From assembly GCF_009914755.1 (NCBI RefSeq), contig NC_060934.1: DNA of 64,000 nucleotides, one strand, 5' to 3'. The DNA comes from the human T2T-CHM13v2.0 reference genome, Homo sapiens. The notes beneath the pieces are model-generated. The model ran no database searches. It had not been told where the DNA came from and saw only the letters and a list, made by a program, of their open reading frames with translations. Within the stretch, counting starts at the first letter, position 1; every line of letters begins with the position of its first letter. Made by a program: the position numbers and the translations under genes. Of this stretch, positions 49,513-64,000 are shown in pieces.

Positions 49513-52500
49513 GAACTACAAGAGTTATAACCACAATTACAATATTAATTATTGTCATCCCTTAGTGATAAGGAGCAATTATATCCATTTTCACAAATAA
49601 CACCCTGAAATTGACCCAGTCACAGAAGACAAAACTCTCGTTAGACAATGAAATTTTTCTAACAAAAGTGAACATTTTATTCCCTTTATTTTGTCCTCTT
49701 TGGCTTATCCAAAAATATCCAATCTTCAAGGAACATCTTGAGTTCCATCTTTGTCACAAACCCTTATCTTATTTCTTCAGACCTTATTAGTTCTGACATC
49801 TGAAGTCTCATAGCACTTGGCATAAATAATATTCATTGTCCTTTATGATTTGCTGGAGTTTTAAGAAAATTTTGTCATATTTCTCCAACTATATTTAAGT
49901 TCCTTAAAAACTAACACAGGGTCTACTTCTGTAGCTTCTATAGCTCCTATCATAGAGCTAACCATATAGGAGATGTATCGTCAACAATGATCTTACTATG
50001 GGAGCAAGCCTCCCTGTTATGGTGATGACCATTATTCTGTGCCCTATCCTGCAAAGTTAATAAAGGTATCAATACTTGAGATCAGCCACTTCAAATCCTA
50101 GATTGGTAACATGTCTAACCACAGAAATTCAGGCATTTGTAGTGAATAATTAGGTACCTGTCCAGTTTGTACTTATGGAACTACTAGCTGTTACAGGATG
50201 CATTGTATCCACCTAAAATTCATACGTTGAAGCCCTAACCCCCGGTACCTGAGAACATGATTGTATTTGGAGACAGGGCCTTTAAAGAGCTAATTAAATT
50301 AAAAAGAAGCCATTAGGGTATGCCCTAAGCCAATCTGACTGGTTTATTTAAAAGAAGAGGGAGAGAAGATGACCGAATAGAAACAGCTCCAGTCTGTAGC
50401 TCCCAGTGACATCAACGCAGAAGGCAGGTGATTTCTGCATTTCCAACCGAGGTATCCGGTTCATCTCACTGGGACTGGTTAGACAGTGGGTGCAGCCCAT
50501 GGAAGGCGAGCAGAAGCAGGGTGGAGTGTTGCCTCACCCAGAAACCGCAAGGGGGTGGTGAACTCCCTCCCCTAGCCAAGGGAAGCTGTGAGGGACTGTG
50601 CCGTGAGGAACAGTGCATTCCGGCCCAGATACTATGCTTTTCCCATGGTCTTCACAACCCACAGACCAGGAGGTACCCTCAGGTGCCTATACCACCAGGG
50701 CCCTGGGTTTCAGGCACAAAACTGGGTGGCCATTTGGGCAGACACCAAGCTAGCTGCAGGAGTTTTTTTGTTTTTTTCATACTCCAGTGGTTCCTGGACC
50801 ACCAGCGAGACAAAACTGTTTACTCCCCCAGAAAGGGGGCTGAAACCAGGGAGCCAAGTGGTCTAGCTCAGTGGATCCCACCCCCACAGAGCCCAGCAAG
50901 CTAAGATCCACTGGCTTGAAATTCTCGCTGCCAGCACAGCAGTCTGAAGTCGACCTGGGAAGCTCGACCTTGTTGGGAGAGGGGTGTCCACCACTACTGA
51001 GGCTTGAGTAGGTGGTTTTCCCCTCACAGTGTAAACAAAGCAGCTAGGAAGTTCCAACTGGGCGGAGCCCACCACAGCTCAGCAAGGCTGCTGTAGCCAT
51101 ATTGCCTCTCTAGATTCCTCTTCTCTGGGTAGGGAATCTCTGAAAGAAAGGCAGCAGCCCCAGTCAGGGGCTTATAGATAAAACTCCCATCTCCCTGTGA
51201 CAGAGCACCTGGGAGAAGGGGCAGCTGCAGGCGCAGCTTCAGCAGACTTAAACGTTCCTGCCTGCTGGCTCTGAATAGAGGAGCAGATCTCCCAGCACAG
51301 GGTTCGAGTTATGCTAAGGTACAGACTGCCTCCTCAAGTGGGTCCCTGACCCCCATGCCTCCTGACTGGGAGACACCTTTCAGCAGGGGTCAACAGACAC
51401 CTCATACAGGAGAGATCCAGCTGGCATCTGGCAGGTGTCCCCCTGGAATGAAGCTTCCAGAGGAAGAAACAGGCAGCAATCTTTGCTGTTCTGCAGCCTC
51501 TGCTGTGACACCCAGGCAAATGGCCTGGAGTGGACCTCCAGCAAACTCCAGCAGACCTGCAGCAGAAGGGCCTCACTGTTAGAAGGAAAACTAACAAACA
51601 GAAAGGAATAGCATCAACATCAACAAAAAGGACATCCACACAAAAACCCCATCAGAAGGTCACCAACATCAAAGAGCAAAGGTAGATAAATCCATGAAGG
51701 TGAGGAAAAACCAGCACAAAAAGCCTGAAAATTCCAAAAACCAGAATGGCTCTTGCCCTCCAAAGCATCACAACTCCTCTCCAGCAAGGAAACAAAACTG
51801 GATGGAGAATGAGTTTGACAAACTGACAGAAGTAAGCTTCAGAAGGTGGGTAATAATAAAGTCCTCCAAGTTAAAGGAGCATGTTCTAACCCAATGCAAG
51901 GAAGCTAGGAACCTTGAAAAAAGGTTAGACGAATTGCTAACTAGAATAACCAGTTTAGAAAAGGACATAAATGACCTGGTGGAGCTGAAAAACACAACAC
52001 AAGAACTTCGTGAAGCATACCCAACTATCAACAGCCAAATCAATCAAGTGGAAGAAAGGATATCAGAGATTGAAGAGCAACTTAATGAAATAAAGTGTGA
52101 AGGCAAGATTACAGAAAAAATAATGAAAAGAAAAAAACAAAGCCTCCAAGAAATATGGGACTATGTGTAAAGACCAAACCTAAGTTTGATTGGTGTACCT
52201 GAAAGTGACAGGGAGAATGGAGCCAAGTTGGAAAAAACTCTTCAGGATATTATCCAGAACTTCCTCAACCTAGCAAGACAGGACAACATTCAAATTGAGG
52301 AAATACAGAGAACACCATAAAGATACTCCTTGAGGAGAGCAACCCCCAAGACACATAATGATCAGATTCACCAAGGTTGAAATGAAGGAAAAAATGTAAA
52401 GGGCAGCCAGAGAAAAAGGTCGGATTATCCACAAAGGGAAGCCCATCAGACTAACAGGGTATCTCTCTGCAGAAACCCTACAAGTCAGAAGAAAGTGGGG

Positions 52501-54771
52501 ACCAATATTCAACATTCTAAAAGAAAAGAATTTTCAACCCAGAATTACATATACAGCCAAACTAAGCTGCAGAAGTGAAGAAGAAATAAAATCCTTTACA
52601 AACAAGCAAATGCGCAGAGATTTTCACACCACCAGGTTTGCCTTACGAGAGCTCCTGAAGGAAGCACTAAATATGGAAAGGAAAAAACGGTATCAGCCAC
52701 TGCAAAAACATACCAAATTGTAAAGACCATCATCTCTATGAAGTAACTACATCAACTAATGGGAAAAAAAAAACAGCTAACATCATAATGACAGGATCAA
52801 ATTCACACATAACAATATTAACCTTAAATGTAAATGAGCTGAATACCCCAGTTAAAAGACACAGACTGGCAAACTGCATAGAGTCAAGACCCATCAGTGT
52901 GCTGTATTCAGGAGACCCAGCTCACGTGCAAAGACACACACAGACTCAAAATAAATGGATGGAGAAATATTTACCAAGCAAATGGAAAGCAAAAAAAAAG
53001 CAGGGGTTGCAATCCTAGTATCTCATATAACAGACTTTAAACCAAAAAACATCAAAAAAGACAAAGAAGGGCATTATATAATGGTAAAGGGATCAATGCA
53101 ACAAGAACAGCTAATTATCCTAAATGTATATGCACCCAATACAGGAGCACCCAGATTCATAAAGCAAGTTCTTAGAGACCTGTAAAGAGACTTGGACTCC
53201 CACATGATAATAGTGGGAGACTTTAACACCCCACTGTCAATATTAGACAGATCAATGAGACAGAAAATTAACAAGGATATTCAGGACTTGAACTCAGCTC
53301 TGGACCAAGCGACCTGATAGACATCTACAGAACTCTCCGCCCCAAATCGACAGATTATACATTCTTCTCAGCACCACATCGCACTTATTCTAAAATTGAC
53401 CACATAATTGGAAGTAAAACATTCCTCAGCAGATGCAAAAGAACAAAAATCATAACAAACTGTCTCTCAGACCACGGTGCAATCAAATTAGAACTCAGGA
53501 TTAAGAACTCACTGAAAACCATACAACTACATGGAAAATGAACAACCTGCTCCTGAATGACTACTGGGTAAATAACTAAATGAAGGCAGATATAAATAAG
53601 TTCTTTGAAACCAATGAGAACAGACACAAAGTACCAGAATCTCTGGGACACAGCTAAAGCAGTGTTTAGGAGGAAATTTATAGCACTAAATGCCCACAGG
53701 AGAAAGTGGGAAAGATCTAAAATCAACACTGTAACATCACAATTAAAAGAACTAGAGAAACAACAGCAAACAAATTGAAAAGCAAGCAGAAGACAAGAAA
53801 TAACTAACATCACAGCAGAACTGAAGGAGATAGAGACACGAAAAATGCTTCAAAAAAATCAATGAGTCCAGGAGCTGGTTTTTTGAAAAGATTAACAAAA
53901 TAGATAGGCCACTAGCCAGACTAATAAAGAAGAAAAGAGAGAAGAATCAAATAGACACAACAAAAAGTGATAAAGGGGAGATCACCACTGATCCCACAGA
54001 AATACAAACTACCATCAGAGAATACTATAAACACCTCTACGCAAATAAACTAGAAAATCTAGGACCGGATAAATTCCTGGACACATACACCCTCCAAACA
54101 TTAAACCAGGAAGAAGTCAAATCCATGAATAGACTAATAACAAGTTCTGAAATTGAGGTAATAGTTACTAGCCTACCAACCAAAAAAAGTCCAGGACCAG
54201 ACAAATTCATAGCCAAATTCTACAGAGGTACAAAGAGGAGCTGGTACCATTCCTTCTGAAACTATTCCAAACAACAGAAAAAGAGGGAATCCTCCCTAAC
54301 TCATTTTATGAGCCCAACATCATTCTGATACCAAAACCTGGCACAGACACAACAAAAAAAGAAAATTTCAGGCCAATATCCCTGATGAACATCGATGCGA
54401 AAATCCTCAATAAAATACCGGCAAACCGAATCCAGCAGCACATCCAAAAACTTATCCACCACGATCAAGTTGGCTTCATCCCTGGGATGCAAAGCTGGTT
54501 CAACATACACAAATCAATAAACGTAATCCATCACATAAACAGAACCAAAGACAAAAACCACATAATTATCTCAATAGATGCAGAAAAAGCCTTCGACAAA
54601 ATTCAACACCCCTTCATGCTAAAATCTCTCAATAAACTGGGTATTGATCGAATGCATCTCAAAATAATAAGACCTACTTATGACAAACTCACAACCAATA
54701 TCATACTGAATGGGCAAAAACTAGAAGTATTCCCTTTGAAAACCAGCAAAAGACAAGGATGCCCTCTCTAA

Positions 54772-54927
<156 letters not shown>

Positions 54928-54930
54928 TAA

Positions 54931-55284
<354 letters not shown>

Positions 55285-56141
55285 TGAGAAAAAAAAAAAA
55301 ACTAAACTTCATATGAAACCAAAAAGGAGCCCACATAGCCAAGACAATCCTAAGCAAAAAGAACAAAGCTGGAGGCATCACACTACTTGACTTCAAACTA
55401 TACTGAAAGCCACAGTAACCAAAACAGCATGGTACTGATATCAAAACAGATATATATACCAATGAAACAGAACAGAGGCCTCAGAAATAATGCCACACAT
55501 CTACAACCATCTGATCTTTGACAAACCTGACAAAAACAAGAAATGGGGAAAGGATGTCCTATTTAATAAATGGTGTTGGGAAAACTGGCTAGCCATATGC
55601 AGAAAGCTGAAACTGGACCCCTTCCTTATACCTTATACAAAAATTAACTCAAGATGGATTAAAGACTCAAATGTAAGACCTAAAATCATAAAAACCCTAG
55701 AAGAAAACCTGGGCGATACCATTCAGGACATAGGCATGGGCAAAGACTTCATGACTGAAACACTGAAAGCAATGGCAACAGAAGCCAAAATTGACAAATG
55801 GGATCTAATTAAAGAGCTTCTGCACAGCAAAAGAAACTAATTATCAGAGTGAACAGGCAACCTACAGCATGAGAGAAAATTTTTGCAATCTATCCATCTG
55901 ACAAAGGGCTAATATCCAGAATCTACAAGCAACTTAAACAAATTTACAAGAAAAAAACAACCCCATCAAACAGTGGGTGAAGGATATGAACAGACACTTC
56001 TCAAAAGAAGACATTTATGCAGCCAACAAACATATGAAAAAAAGCTCCTATCACTGGTCATTAGAGAAATGCAAATCAAAACCACAATGAGATACCATCT
56101 CAGGCCAGTTAGAATGGCGATCATTAAAAAGTCAAGAAACT

Positions 56142-56455
<314 letters not shown>

Positions 56456-56654
56456 ACACAGATGCTGGAGAGGATGTGGAGAAATAGGAACACTTTTACA
56501 CTGTTGGTGGGAGTGTATATTAGTTCAACCATTGTGGAAGACAGTGTGACGATTCTTCAAGGATCTAGAACCAGAAATACCATTTAACCCAGCAATTCTA
56601 ATACTGGATATATACCCAAAGGATTATAAATCATTCTACTATAAAGACACACGC

Positions 56655-57067
<413 letters not shown>

Positions 57068-58191
57068 CTATGCAGCCATAAAAAAGGATGAGTTCATGTC
57101 CTTTGCAGGGAATGGATGAAGCTGGAAACCATCATTCTCAGCAAACACACACAGGAACAGAAAACCAAACACTGCATGTTCTCACTCATAAGTGGGAGTT
57201 GAACAATGAGAACACATGGACACAGGGAGGGGAACATCACACACTGGGACCTGTGGGGGTGGGGAGCTAGGAGAGGTATAGCGTTAGGAGAAAGACCTAA
57301 TGTAGATGACAGGTTGATGGGTGCAGCAAACCACCATTGCACGTGTATACCTATGTAACAAACCTGCACATTCTGCACATGTATCCCAGAACTTAAAGTA
57401 TAATTTAAAAAAAAAAGAAGAGGGAGATTAGGATATACAAAGAGATGCACCAGGGACACTTGCTCACAGAGGAAAGACCACGTAAGACCACAATGAAAAG
57501 GCAGAGCCATCTGCAAGCCAAGGAGAGAGCCCTCAGAAGAAACTAAACCTCCTGACACCTTAATCTTAGTCTTCTATCTTCCAAAACTGGGAGGAATAAC
57601 TTTCTGTTGTGATTAATAAATGTTTGATGTTTAAGCCACCAAGTCTGTGGTATTTTGTTATGGTAGCCCTAGCAAATTAATGTACTAAGCTTAAGGATAA
57701 TTTTAAAAGAGACCTCTTTACTTCTTCTCTTTTAGCGATTTTCCTCAACTCCTCCAAATCCTCTAATTCCAGGCTTCTACATTCTGCCAATGTACACAAG
57801 GTCAGAGGCCAACTAATCACCTAGTTTATCCCCCTTATTTTACAAGTGATAAAACTGGGCCCAAAAAAGTCAAATAACTTAGCCAGATCACACCTTGTTT
57901 GCGGTAGATCCAAGACTAAAAGCCAGGTATCCAGACTTCCAGTTCTATAACATTTCTATGCCTTTAGATGCCTTACAAATATTTAGCAAGCTGCTTGTAC
58001 TGTTATGCTTCCTTTCCCATGGGACACTTTTGTATGCTAAGCAGATATTCAAATATAAAAAGATCCAAAGTAATGATTATTTTATGATGGAATTATAAGC
58101 ACCCTGAAAGGCAGTCCAGGAGATATCTGGGGACAGGGAGACATTCTGAGAAACTTAAAATCATAATATGATTTTTGGTATCCAGTAATTA

Positions 58192-58608
<417 letters not shown>

Positions 58609-58864
58609 CTATGAGTACCCCCACCTCAATGCCTACAGACAGTTTTCAGACTGTAGTACAGGCAGGAGGATTCCAAACAGAGCTCAGTAGTCTTACTGAG
58701 TCAAGGAAACACAATTCAGAGTTAAGAGTGGCCAAGGCAACTAGAATTTATAGGACAGAGTATAGGAGACGGATTTTCACAAAGAGCAAAAGCTCCAGAG
58801 ACCCACAGAGAGGTTCCCTGATGGTATTTAGGTAATGACCTATGCATATATGTAAGGATACTAC

Positions 58865-59287
58865 TGAGGCAAGGAAAGTAACATAAATGGCCCCAATAGT
58901 CCCTGTACACAGTTGTTTTTGGATAAACATGGAAACTGACCTTTCTGCTGTTAAAGCTGGAAACTTGTATTTGTTTTATCCTCAAGAAAGGATCTTCAGG
59001 CCTCTCAAAAAAGTATCAAAGAACAGAAACTCACAAGATCACCACACTACATGCCTCCTTGGCCCTCCCTAATTCCTGTTTTCTTACACATTGTTACATT
59101 TCTTCCCTGCTATATAAACCCCTAATTTTAGTCAATCAGGGTGATGGATTTGATGCTGAGCTCCCATCTCCTCAACTGCAGCACCCAATTAAAGCCTTCT
59201 TCCTGGACAATACTTGTCATCTCAGTCACTGGCCTTCTGTGCGGCAAGCAGCAGGACCTAGACCAAACCCCTGGTGTTTCTATAACA
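58865..59287 (+). mobile_element. MER39-like ERV1 solo LTR
   Basis: TG...CA ends; tataaacccc TATA; attaaagccttcttcc poly(A) region. Confidence 0.65.
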
Positions 59288-59723
59288 GAACCACCAGGAA
59301 GAAGTAAGTGAAGCAATCACCATAGTTCACATAGGACCAGAATAGTTCACTTTGGACAGCCAGACTGAAAAGACTTCATAACACGTAAGGCACTGAGTAA
59401 GAAGGGTATGAATACAGAAGGGTACTGACAGCCTCAGAAAGCCTCAGTAGAGAAGCCAAATTAGCATAGACTAAGAACTGTTTTTTACCACTCTAACAAA
59501 TTTTGAAGAAAGCCTTAAAAAACAAAAAAACTGACTCCAAGGAACTTAACTTCATCCCAGAAAAAAACAAAAAAAATATTTAAAGGAATATCAAATCAAC
59601 TAGCACCCAACAACATAAAACCCAAAATGTCTGACATCCAATTAAAAATTACCAGGCATATGAAGAAGCAGGAAAATATGATCCATAAAGAGGAGAAAAA
59701 TCAATAAACATAAACAGATATCA

Positions 59724-60066
<343 letters not shown>

Positions 60067-60287
60067 CTAAGAGGAAGGCCATTAAGAAATATATTACATA
60101 TGTTCAAGAAGGTAGAGGAAAACAGGAGAGTAATAATGAGAACTATAAAATGTATAAAAGACACAAGTTGAGTTTCTAAAAATAAATATATAGCAGAAAT
60201 GAAAAAATATTAGATTGGATTAACAGTAACTTAAACATTGCTGAAGAAAAGACCAATGGAGTTGAAGATGTGGCAACAGAACTATCC

Positions 60288-60292
<5 letters not shown>

Positions 60293-60344
<52 letters not shown>

Positions 60345-60345
60345 C

Positions 60346-60378
<33 letters not shown>
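60293..60378. repeat. Compound (TA)n-(GA)n microsatellite
   Basis: Seen directly in the sequence. Confidence 0.95.
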
Positions 60379-60382
<4 letters not shown>

Positions 60383-60531
60383 AACACTGAAAAAATGATG
60401 TAACAGAGGATCACTGAGCTAACAGCTTATATTAACTGGCCTAACATACAAGTAATTGGTACCTCCAAAAAAATGAAGGGAGAAGACAGGAAAAAAGTAT
60501 TTGAAACCTTAATGGTCAAAACTTCTAAATT

Positions 60532-60834
<303 letters not shown>

Positions 60835-61006
60835 ACACAAACTTCTAAACTAAATGAAAACTATAAACCCAGAGAACACCCAAGAAGAAGAGATAAGAAG
60901 AAAACAATACCATAATCATCATAACCGAATTGCCAAAAACTGGAGATGAAAAGAAATTAGCCAAATGAAAAAGGCACATACAGGTACTGAAAAATAGAAG
61001 TGGGGC

Positions 61007-61397
<391 letters not shown>

Positions 61398-61617
61398 TTA
61401 TCTAAATGAAATGCAAAGAGGAAAAAAGAGTGAAAAAAACGGAATAGAGAATTCAAGAGCAGAGAAACTTGGTATATGCATAATTGGAATCCTAAAAGGC
61501 AAAGAGAGAAAGAACAGGGCCAAAGAAATAATGGCTGAGAAATTTCCAAAATTAGTGACAGACAATAAACCATGGCCAGATCCAATAAACACTGATAACA
61601 CTAAGCAGGATAAATAA

Positions 61618-61618
<1 letters not shown>

Positions 61619-61684
<66 letters not shown>
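61619..61684. repeat. (CA)n microsatellite, about 33 units with one interruption
   Basis: Seen directly in the sequence. Confidence 0.95.
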
Positions 61685-61685
<1 letters not shown>

Positions 61686-61791
61686 GGCATATCATAATTA
61701 AACTGCTAAAAACCACAGACAAAGAGAAAATCTTGAAAGCAGCCAAAGGAAAAAGATACATTGCCTATAAAGGAATAAGAATAATAATTGC

Positions 61792-62097
61792 AGACCGGGC
61801 ATGGTGGCTCACACCTGTAATTCCAGCACTTTGAGAGGCCAAGGCAGGCAGATCACAAGGTCAGGAGTTCGAGACCAGCCTGGCCAATATGGTGAAACCC
61901 TGTCTCTACTAAAAATACAAAAATTAGTCAGGCGTGGTGTCAGGTGCCTGTAGTCCGAGCTACTCAGGAGGCTGAGGTAGAAGAATCGTTTGAACCCGAG
62001 AGGCGGAGGTTACAGTGAGCCAAGATTACGCCAGTGTACTCCAGCCTAGGTGACAGAGTGAGACTCCATCTCAAAAAAAAAAAAAAAAAAAAAAAAG
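61792..62097 (+). mobile_element. AluS
   Basis: Dimeric Alu with A tail. Confidence 0.9.
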
Positions 62098-62307
62098 ATT
62101 TACAGCAGACTTGTCATCAGAAACTATGGAAGAAAATGGACTGACATCTTTAAAGTGCTGGAAGAAAAAAATGTTAACTCAAATTCCATACTATGCAAAA
62201 AATCCTTCAAAAATGAAGAAAACAAACTTAAATTCCTGGAGGCATGCTTATTCTTTAAAAAATATTAAAGAAAAGGCCTTCAGACAGAAGGAATATATGT
62301 CAAAAAC

Positions 62308-62606
62308 ATTTTTTTGTGAGACAGGGTCTCATTCTGCTGTCCAGGCTGGAGTGCAGTAACACAGTCACGGCTCACTGCAGCCTCAGCCTCAACCTCCCTG
62401 GCTCAAGCTATCCTCCCACTTCAGTCTCCCTAGTAGCTGGAACTATAAGCACACACTCCCATGCCCAGCTAGTTTTTTGTATTTTTTGTAGAGATGGAGT
62501 TTTGTCATGCTGCCCAGGCTGGTCTCGAACTCCTGGACTCAAGCAATCCCCAAACCTCAGCCTCCCAAAGTGCTGGGATTATAGGCATGAGCTACCCCAC
62601 CCAGCC
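62308..62606 (-). mobile_element. AluJ
   Basis: Reverse-complement Alu, J-type. Confidence 0.85.
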
Positions 62607-64000
62607 TCAAAAACTTGAATATAAAAGAAAATTGAATAATATCAGAAAAGAAAGAAACAAAGATAAAATCAAAATCACTTTTTTTCTTATTGTTAATCAT
62701 CCTAATAGGTAACAATGTTTCAAGCAAAGATGGGAACAAAAAATTTCATGTATGGAATATGTTGGAGTGAAATTATGACATCAACAGCAAGAGGTAAGAC
62801 AGAGAAGTGTACTTATACTTTGCATGAAGCAGTATAATTTTTGAAAGAAGACTGGTTATTTTAAAATGTATTTTATAAACTCTAGGACATAAAAAGCACA
62901 AATTACTTTTTAAATTATGAATTGCATTTCATCAAAATTTAAAACTTTTACTCTTCAAAAGACACTTTAAGAAAATGAAAAGGCAAACCAGATACAAGGA
63001 AAAATATTTACAAAACAAATATCTGACAAAAGACTGGTATTCTGAATATATAAAAACACAGTTCAATAATAGGACCAACAACTCAATTTAAAGATAAAGA
63101 AAGGATGTGAACAGGAATTTCACCAAAGTATACAAATGCCAAATAAGCACATAAAACAATGCTCATTATCATTAGTCATTAGGGAAATGCAAATGAAAAC
63201 GTAGTAAGATACTACTGAATACTCACTAGAACTGCTAAAATTAAAAAGACTGACTATAATAAGCTTTGATAAGGATGTGGAACAACTTTAACTTTCACAC
63301 ATTGCTGGTGGGAATGCAAAAATGGTCCAAACACTTGGGGAAAAAGTTTGGCAATTTCTTAAAAAGTTAAACATATACCTACTACACAATCCATGAAAAC
63401 CACTCCTAGGTATTTGCTCCAAAGAGATAGAAACACATGTCCATGAAAAGATATAAATCTTCATAGCAGTTTTATTCATAATACCCAAAACTGGAAACAA
63501 CCTAAATTTCCATCAGGTGGTAAATGGATAAGCAAATTGTATAGTAAGCAAATTCATATCCATGGTTTCTGCAAGGCCAACTACAGGACATGAGCATCCA
63601 TGGATTTTGATACCCACGATGGGTCCTCCAATCCCCTATGGATATTGAGGGACAAGTGTATATATACATTCAACATAATAATACTTACAATAAAAAGAAA
63701 CAAACTATGCAACAACATTGATGAATCCCCAAAACATTACACTAAGTGAAAGTAGCCCAACTATAATGACAGAAAGCAGATCAGTAGTTCCTAGGGTGAG
63801 TGGGGTGAAGGGTTGACTGTAAAGCGGCAAGAAGAAACTTTTTGAGGAATAGGAATGTTATATCAGTATGGTAGTAGCTAATGAATGAACATATTTATCA
63901 AAACTCACCAAATTATATACTTAAAAATTGGCAAATTTTACCTAATAATGTTGACCAATTTAAAGGTGATAGGGAAGAGGAGGAGAAGGAACAGGAATTC

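Overview
Primate, almost certainly human, genomic DNA: an AluYa5 with all five diagnostic bases is present. The window lies inside the very large introns of HPSE2 (heparanase-2, minus strand). The only host coding sequence is one 162-bp phase-1/phase-1 exon at 19827-19988, which I recognise from memory as HPSE2 exon 3. Most of the remainder is nested transposon debris: one L1PB, two full-length L1PA7/8-like copies, one full-length young L1PA2/3, older L1M pieces, about 25 Alus, a solo LTR6-like LTR, MER52, MER39, MLT1A, MER2, MER58 and L3. I see no new multi-gene system. The most notable observations are: (1) the two L1PA7/8-like copies flanking exon 3 have different TSDs but share three nonsense changes and many private substitutions over more than 3.5 kb, suggesting multi-kb ectopic gene conversion or trans-mobilisation of a dead copy; (2) the L1PA2/3 antisense promoter/ORF0 points at exon 3, and one ORF0 donor is in frame with it; (3) several target sites were reused, giving three copies of one TSD; (4) there are two locally templated insertion scars. 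Subfamily names and consensus comparisons come from recalled consensus sequences, not from a database search.
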